Shown one piece after another: positions 55,083 through 64,000 of a stretch of 64,000 bases of DNA. The notes under the pieces are model-generated. The model worked only from the letters and a program-made list of their open reading frames with translations. It made no database searches and had not been told where the DNA came from. This DNA comes from Eledone cirrhosa. Lineage: Eukaryota. Location: positions 25,970 to 89,969 of the forward strand of contig CAXHJY010001495.1 in NCBI GenBank assembly GCA_964016885.1, in the 5' to 3' direction. Every line of letters starts with the position of its first letter. Within the stretch, counting starts at the first letter, position 1. A program made the position numbers and the translations under genes.

Positions 55083-56987
55083 GGGTTGTCATTATATCTA
55101 TCGTCATAGTTGTGTGTTGCTATTATTGTTATTATGGTGGTTGTTGTTGTTCCTATCATTAGCATTATTATTATTGTTATGATTGCTAGATGTATTGTTG
55201 CTGTGATTGTTAGATGTATTGTTGTAATGATTGCTAGATGTATTGTTGCTGTGATTGTTAGATGTATTGTTGTTATGATTGCTAGATGTATTGTTGCTGT
55301 GATTGTTGTTTACTTCACCGTTATTGTTGTTGTTACTGTTATTTCTACCATTGTGGTTGTTACTTTTATTATGTTTCTTGTTTTTGTTGTGTCTATCATT
55401 AATGTTGCTACATGTATTATTTCCATTATTACCACTGTGGTTGTTGTTGTTGTTCGTATTGTTACCGTTATTACTACTGTGGACGCTGCTGCTGAGTCTG
55501 AAGTTAATGTTTCTATTATTATTAATGGGCTTTCTCCACAAATGTCCCTCCGAAGTCTCCCCCCTATTGGGGAATTTTTCATTGTTATTTTTTTGTTACA
55601 TCCTCTGTTTTTGTTTTTTACACGCAGAAATGCCCATTTGTACCGTCCTGTATTGTCCTGCACTGTCCTTAATGTCTACTTTATGTAAACCCTTGTGGTT
55701 AATAAAGAAATCATTATTGTGGTTGTTCTGTCTATCGTTAGTATTATTACCATTATCACTATTTCTCACTCTCCTGCTATTGTTATTGTTATGACTATTA
55801 CTATTATAGCTGTTATTTCTATACTCAGAGTTATTGTTTATATTACTACTACCGTTATTATTGTTGCAGTTGTCCGTATAGTTGTTGTTGTTGTTGTTTA
55901 CTTTTGCATTCCAACGTATTTTTGTGAAACACTTTTCCAGCTCCGTTTTGTACTCAAGAGGGTTAACCTTTTTGTAGATGGCAAATTTTGGTGGTAGCTG
56001 CAGGATTTGTTGTTCTTGTTCACTGATTAAAGTTATAGTGGGATACTGGGTTGTATGAATGTAACAAGGAGACATGATTTGTGTGTATAATATTTAATCA
56101 ACAATTTAACAGTATAGTTGTCATGTCAACGAAATAGATGAAAGAATGAAGCAAAGTTAGTAGTTACCGTTTTGATTGCCAGGCAAACGCAGGCTGGCAG
56201 AAGACGCCTGGCGAAGGCCAGGCGCCGGAAGGGCAAAAGAGAGAGTGAGAACTTAAAGTTGTTAGTTTTATGGGGTTCTGACCGGAAGTTACAGAAAGGG
56301 TTCTACTTCCCGTCTAGATGTTGTTAATCTATTGGGGTTGTGAGTCACAACAAGGGAGGCAACGAGGCAACTGCTACAAAGTGTTCCCATAAATATTTAC
56401 TGTGTGGTCATTGGTAAATTTTTCCGGTAGTTTTACATCAGTCATACGGATATTGTTGATGTTATCTGGGTATTTTTGAGAATATTCTATTTTCCTTTCT
56501 TGTAGTTTTTTTCTTATTCATCCATTCTAATTTCTTATTGAAATGCCTATTGCATTCGTTTCGGGCGTATTTCGTTTCACGTCGGATGACGCTCATGAAG
56601 TCATCCCTTTCGTTTGGTGTGGTGAGATTTTGGACTTCCTTACCGTTAATGCGTTTCTGTCTGTAAAGTTCGTTGACTTTTGTGTATGTTGTTCTTTTCA
56701 TATTAACTGTTATTGTGTGTTTTAGTCGTTCAGCTTGTGTTTTGTTCAATAATAAATTATTTACTTGTTTTGATATGTTTGTTGTGTATATTTTGGAGGA
56801 AACAGTGTTTTAAGAAGCGGATTTGTTCTGTTGTTGTTGTAGTTTTTATATAACAGAAAACAGTGTCTTTCAATAACCTTTCAGCTTGGCACAAGCTAAT
56901 GCCATAACGGCGATGAATTAGTTTTGCGAGGTTTTTGATATGAAATCGTGTGTCGAAACAAATATTGTTATACTTGAGGAGGGTCAT
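55083..56987 (-). pseudogene. Frameshifted N-terminal part of the PLE2 ORF with an Asn-rich linker
   Basis: MTLLKYNNICFDTRFHIK..IRFLKHC; SEQEQQILQLPPKFAI..ELEKCFTKIRW; then (AAC/AAT)-rich tracts. Confidence 0.75.
56034..56378 (-). mobile_element. Probable solo LTR (345 bp) inserted in PLE2
   Basis: Minus-strand ends TGTAG..CTATA; 4-bp TSD AAGT at 56030-56033 and 56379-56382. Removal restores the frame VNIYGNT-LISEQEQQIL. Confidence 0.78.
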
Positions 56988-57416
56988 ATTTGTGTAATAT
57001 TGCCAGAATTAATGACAGAACACACTCACTGTTTGGTTGGTTTTCTCTTTTCGCTTCTGTGTCTTTTATATCGGTAATCTAATTTATTCGGTCCTCAATG
57101 TTGCCATTGACTGACCAAGTATAACAATATCTGTTTCGACACACGATTTCATATCAAAAACCTCACAAAACTAATTCATCGCCGTTATATATTTATATAT
57201 ATATATATGAATTAATAAAAACAATGAAATAAACACAAAGAACAAGTTCTTTATATTAAAAAATTCATCATTTTACGATCGTTTCTGGGATGTATATGTG
57301 TGTGTTGGTATGTATATCATATAGATCTATGTAAAAATATTACAAATTATCAGAGGAAATATACATACCTTCACATATACATATATATATATATATATAT
57401 AGTTTTCGTATAGAAG

Positions 57417-57467
57417 AGCTTCTACAGGACTAGAACTGTTTCATTCGTGAGAAATCATCAGGAAGCT
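57417..57467 (-). ncRNA. Type I hammerhead ribozyme with all three stems
   Basis: AGCTTC-CTGATGA-T-TTC tcac GAA-T-GAAACAG ttctagtc CTGTA-GAAGCT. Confidence 0.85.
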
Positions 57468-57947
57468 GACTGTCCAAGTAAATTTGGTGGCATTTATAAC
57501 TTTTCTGGTGGTAGGAGAGGGTGGGGAGTGGGATGAGTGGGGGTCATTGGTTGAAAGAAAAGGGAATTCTTTAAAAGCTAATTCTTTAAAGCTATAATTT
57601 ATATTTAGAGTGACATAGGCAGAAAGAATTCTATAAACAAGTTCAAATTGGAGTGCCACTCCTTATATTTAAGTTTCTCTTAAGCTAACAATGCCTATAT
57701 TTCAGGTGTCTACAAGATGGTTGGAGGTCAGTCATGGTTGGTGGGTTTAATGAAAGGGGAATTCTTTGAAAGCTAATTCATTAAAGCTTTACTTAGAGTG
57801 ACAAAGGCAGAAAGAATTCTATAAACAAGTTCAAATTTGGGGACACAAGTAAATACACACACACAAACACACATACACACACATAACTATCTCCAGATAT
57901 ATAGACATATACACATATGGTGGCTGCCAACTCGTTTCGAGTACGGC

Positions 57948-60342
<2,395 letters not shown>

Positions 60343-60441
60343 GAAGTAATTCCATCGGAAAAGTCCAGAAAAAAAGAGTGCTCTATGTAGGCAACAGAGC
60401 TTTATTATTATTATTATGTAATAAACAACATAAGGCAATTA

Positions 60442-60501
60442 TTCCATTTACCAGTGGTTTCTTAAAAGCAAAAGGTTTTGCTTTCAATCCTCAGAATGAA
60501 A
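60442..60501 (-). ncRNA. Type I hammerhead ribozyme
   Basis: TTTCATT-CTGAGGA-TTGAAAGCAAAA cc TTTTGCTTTTAA-GAAAC cactg GTA-AATGGAA. Confidence 0.82.
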
Positions 60502-60845
60502 AAATCCTGGTTTGTTTATTGAATTTGGATTATAAAAACAAAAATACAATCTATATGAAAGTGATGCTGGAGAAGGGAGAAGGAAAGGAAAAATAAAATA
60601 AAACTACACATGCAAACACACACACAAAAAAAACCAAAAGCATACTTACACACACATACATATATACATATATATATGTACGCATACATATATACATATA
60701 CACATATATATAAAACGTACACTTACATACACATACACATATATACACACATATACACATACATACATTAATACATATACACACACACACATACACACAC
60801 ACACACACACACACGCATACACACACACATATATATATATATATG

Positions 60846-60899
<54 letters not shown>

Positions 60900-60921
60900 G
60901 TATAAAAATCAATACAATATA

Positions 60922-60999
60922 ATTACCTCATTACCAGAGGTTTCCCGAATGAGGCGAATACGAAATAAACGACTTCATTCGTTCGTCAGACGAGGCAAT
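60922..60999 (-). ncRNA. Type I hammerhead ribozyme
   Basis: TTGCCTCGT-CTGACGA-A-CGAATGA..TCATTCG-G-GAAAC ctctg GTA-ATGAGGTAA. Confidence 0.8.
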
Positions 61000-61560
61000 A
61001 TAAAACATGGGTAAATACTTAGAAAAACTCATCAAGAAAATCAAAAAAAGATATAGACAAATGAAATAGAAATTGAAATATATAAAAATCTATCAAGAAA
61101 TATAGTTAGGTGTGTATATATGTATGTATATACGCTCACAGATGTGCATATATGTATATGCACACATGTATACGTATAGTGAGAAGGTGTGCGTAATTCT
61201 AAAATTTAGGGCAAATGTATCTATATGTCTGTAATCTACAGACAGAATAGTTACATCATAAATATATGATTATGAAGGCGCGCGCATAAAACGCCTGCAC
61301 ACTCGTACACTTAGAAGCGGAAAGAAAGGAGGTAAGGGAGTGTAATAATTAAAAGAAAAGTATCAGTCTCGATATATTTATAAAAATATAATAACGATAA
61401 ATTAGAAAGAAAAAATATTTTTAGAAAGAAAAAATTAAAGAAAATAAGACAAAAAAAGGGGGCACATACATACACAGACACGCATGTCTCACAAAAGAAA
61501 TGTAAAAATATATATGCTTATATACACACGCGCACTTACACATCCATACGTTCGATACGT

Positions 61561-61664
<104 letters not shown>

Positions 61665-62093
61665 GCATATAAACCTGTTTGCATGCACACGCATAAAACT
61701 GAGTAAGTAAAAAAAGGAAAGGGGGGGGGGGGAGAAGAAAAAAGGAACAAAACATAAAACCGAGATATCAAAAACACGGATATAAAGACACGTACACATA
61801 CGCATAATATATACATACACACACACACACATACACACACACATATATATATATATATGTATATATATATACGGATTAACAAATAATAGTTAAATGCAGT
61901 CCACTTAGGTGAAGTCCAGTTATGGTATTCCAGGTAGTGGATGATATTAACGCTTGGCTTGGTTTGACTCAACAAGGCGTTTTCATAGTGATGCTGCGGG
62001 TATGCTGTAATTCCTATGTTGTAAACACTTGGAGTAATAATAAATCAGGAAAGAAGGTTTACATGGTTTGCTATACAAAAAAGTTTTTAATCA

Positions 62094-62206
62094 CATAGCT
62101 TACATTTGTTTCACTGAACTGGTATGTCTAGAGATCGCTATCCGCTTAATTTTGCGTTACTCGATCGCCAATACAGAATTATAACCAGTCAGATCTTCGG
62201 AGCATG
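62094..62206 (-). ncRNA. Hammerhead candidate (U4C) with long stem II, about 720 nt downstream of the PLE3 stop
   Basis: CATGCT-CCGAAGA-T-CTGACTGGT..ACCAGTTCAG-T-GAAAC aaat GTA-AGCtATG. Confidence 0.65.
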
Positions 62207-62927
62207 CGAGAATGAAGAAAATACACAGGCAAGAAAAGAAAAGAAAATATGGAGTAGTTATGGCATTCAATTAGAACAATAACAACAATTACAACAATGC
62301 TATCAATAAACTATTTAAGGAGACCCTGACATTACTTAGGTGGGGGGTATATAATGTATCTAATGTTACGGCGTGAAAACCAGCTGTCATAAGGCAAAAA
62401 GTATCGTAGTGTGTATCAATTTTAAATTATAAAGATAAGCTAGTTTTTACAGTCTTTCTCTTCATCTTCAACAGTATACATGAGTGGGACCACTGTCAAA
62501 GCTCAATAGTTGTAGAGTTAATACAGAGGTTAACGAATTAATATACGCATATATACACACACATATACATACACACACACACACATATATATATATATAA
62601 ATATATATACACATATATGTGTACATAGACACATACATACACATCAATATACACTCGTACAAAAATATACATACATGCAAAGAGAAAAGCGTGCTAATTG
62701 TAATTATGGCAAAAAGAGGGTAAAGTAACATTGTAGTAGTGAAATGAGAAAAACTAGGATCTAGGATCAAATGATTGCAGCAGCTGAGAAGGAGTAAGAT
62801 TGTTGGTAGATGAGGTACTTACAGACAATTGTGTGGTATAGACTTGTGAAGGAAATAGTATACTTAATGAATATATTTCTGTGGGTAGTAGGTATCCTAA
62901 TTTAAAGCTATGTTATGTTGGTTCGAT

Positions 62928-64000
62928 TCACGGAGGTTTGAATCTTATGAATTTAGTGGCTATTCTATGTCTGCAGAAGATAGATCTTTCTAACTTATTA
63001 TTAAGTAGCCTTTTAACATTTCTAAGGATATACAATAGCTCAAGATCACACAGCCCGCAATAGGACATCCCTGTACTATAGGTTTTAGCAGCCGACAACT
63101 TCGACCAGTTGATAGTGTAGTTAGTGTTGCTGTCCTTCAATTCCCATATTTTTCTGGCGAGGGTGGTGGAACCCATAAGTGCACGGTTTTTCATTGAGTG
63201 CCTGTGCACATACCATCTTTTCTTAAAAGAACCCGCGGTGGATCCTATGTAATTCCAGGTGGAGTTACCCGAGATGACAGTGCACATGTACACCAGGCTC
63301 GAATCGAGACATCTGTTCGCCAATGGGCACCTATCTGGGAGGTGACAGTTGCAGTTTGAGGCGCTATTTTGTGCAGCTTTTACATTCCTATTTAGTACTC
63401 TGTTATAAGTGGGTTGTGTGGGGTTTTGCTGCTGCGCGTTTGTATGCGCTTGTGGTTGTGATGTTGTGATGAGTTTGTGCTTATGTATAGGTGCAATTGA
63501 TTTACTTGAGATATTTCTGTGGTTGATCTTGCGTATGTGTGATTCTATGTTAGCTGCTGTTGAGAAAGAGTTTTATAGTAGATCTATTGAGTATTTTGTG
63601 ATATCTATGCGAGATAGGGAAGTGTTTATCTATTAGTTTAAAGAATGTAGAGGGCAGTCTAGTTTTTATAGAGGAGTTGAATATTGGGTTGAACCATAGG
63701 TATTTTCTTTGTCTGTTTCTTCTATTGTTTCTAGGGTTTACGTTATTAGTGTTTTGGCCGTTTACTCCAGGTGTTACATGTCTAACCCTATGTCTAATCA
63801 AGCTATTCCTATTATTATGTGAGCGGTTGGAGTAGAAATTACTAGGATTGTTTATGTTGTCCTTATTCACTATATACTGTAGTTTATCTTTATGACCGGC
63901 CCTACTTAATGCTGCATTATAATAGTCAGCATGCTCGTTAAAGATTTCTAGGTTTGAGGATAGGCGGGATATTCGGAGGGATATACTACGTGCTATGGAT
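62928..64000 (-). pseudogene. Penelope-like element 3 (Naiad-like), thumb plus GIY-YIG C-terminus; one frameshift near 63565; continues beyond the window
   Basis: RISRLSSNLEIF..YNAAL..GH, LWFNPIF..LIDKHFP, CNC..CPL..CL, LVYMC..YIGST..FKKRW..H, IWELK, CGLCDLE, LLN..CRH. Confidence 0.82.

Larger units (their letters stand above)
52188..57188 (-). mobile_element. Penelope-like element 2, near full length, decayed
   Basis: About 150-bp direct repeat at 52188-52339 and 56967-57118; inverted cap at 57116-57188; ORF pieces from ATG 56987 to stop 52707; (TA)n flanks. Confidence 0.92.

Noticed and set aside
57268-57358. Minus-strand CTGATAA..GAAACGATCGTA
   Set aside because: G8 is mutated and neither stem I nor stem II pairs convincingly; at most a decayed remnant.

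Overview
Gene-free, repeat-saturated animal genomic DNA. The (TA)n/(CA)n expansions and the dominant tRNA-derived SINE suggest an octopod cephalopod (inference). No host protein-coding gene is supported; most long ORFs in the track are microsatellite or minisatellite read-throughs. The window holds two related Penelope-like elements (PLEs; RT plus C-terminal GIY-YIG), one 5'-truncated and folded into a 3.3-kb inverted structure and one near full length but interrupted by a solo LTR. It also holds a third Naiad-like PLE cut by the window edge, RTE LINE pieces, a decayed Gypsy RT, MITEs, about 15 SINE copies and several minisatellites, including an 11.6-kb 39-mer array. The main signal is about 17 type-I hammerhead ribozyme motifs, found by eye, in short modules inserted into (TA)n tracts. 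Many modules are near-perfect palindromes whose 3' ends point outward, and three independent insertions of one PLE family stop at the same two positions inside the ORF start.
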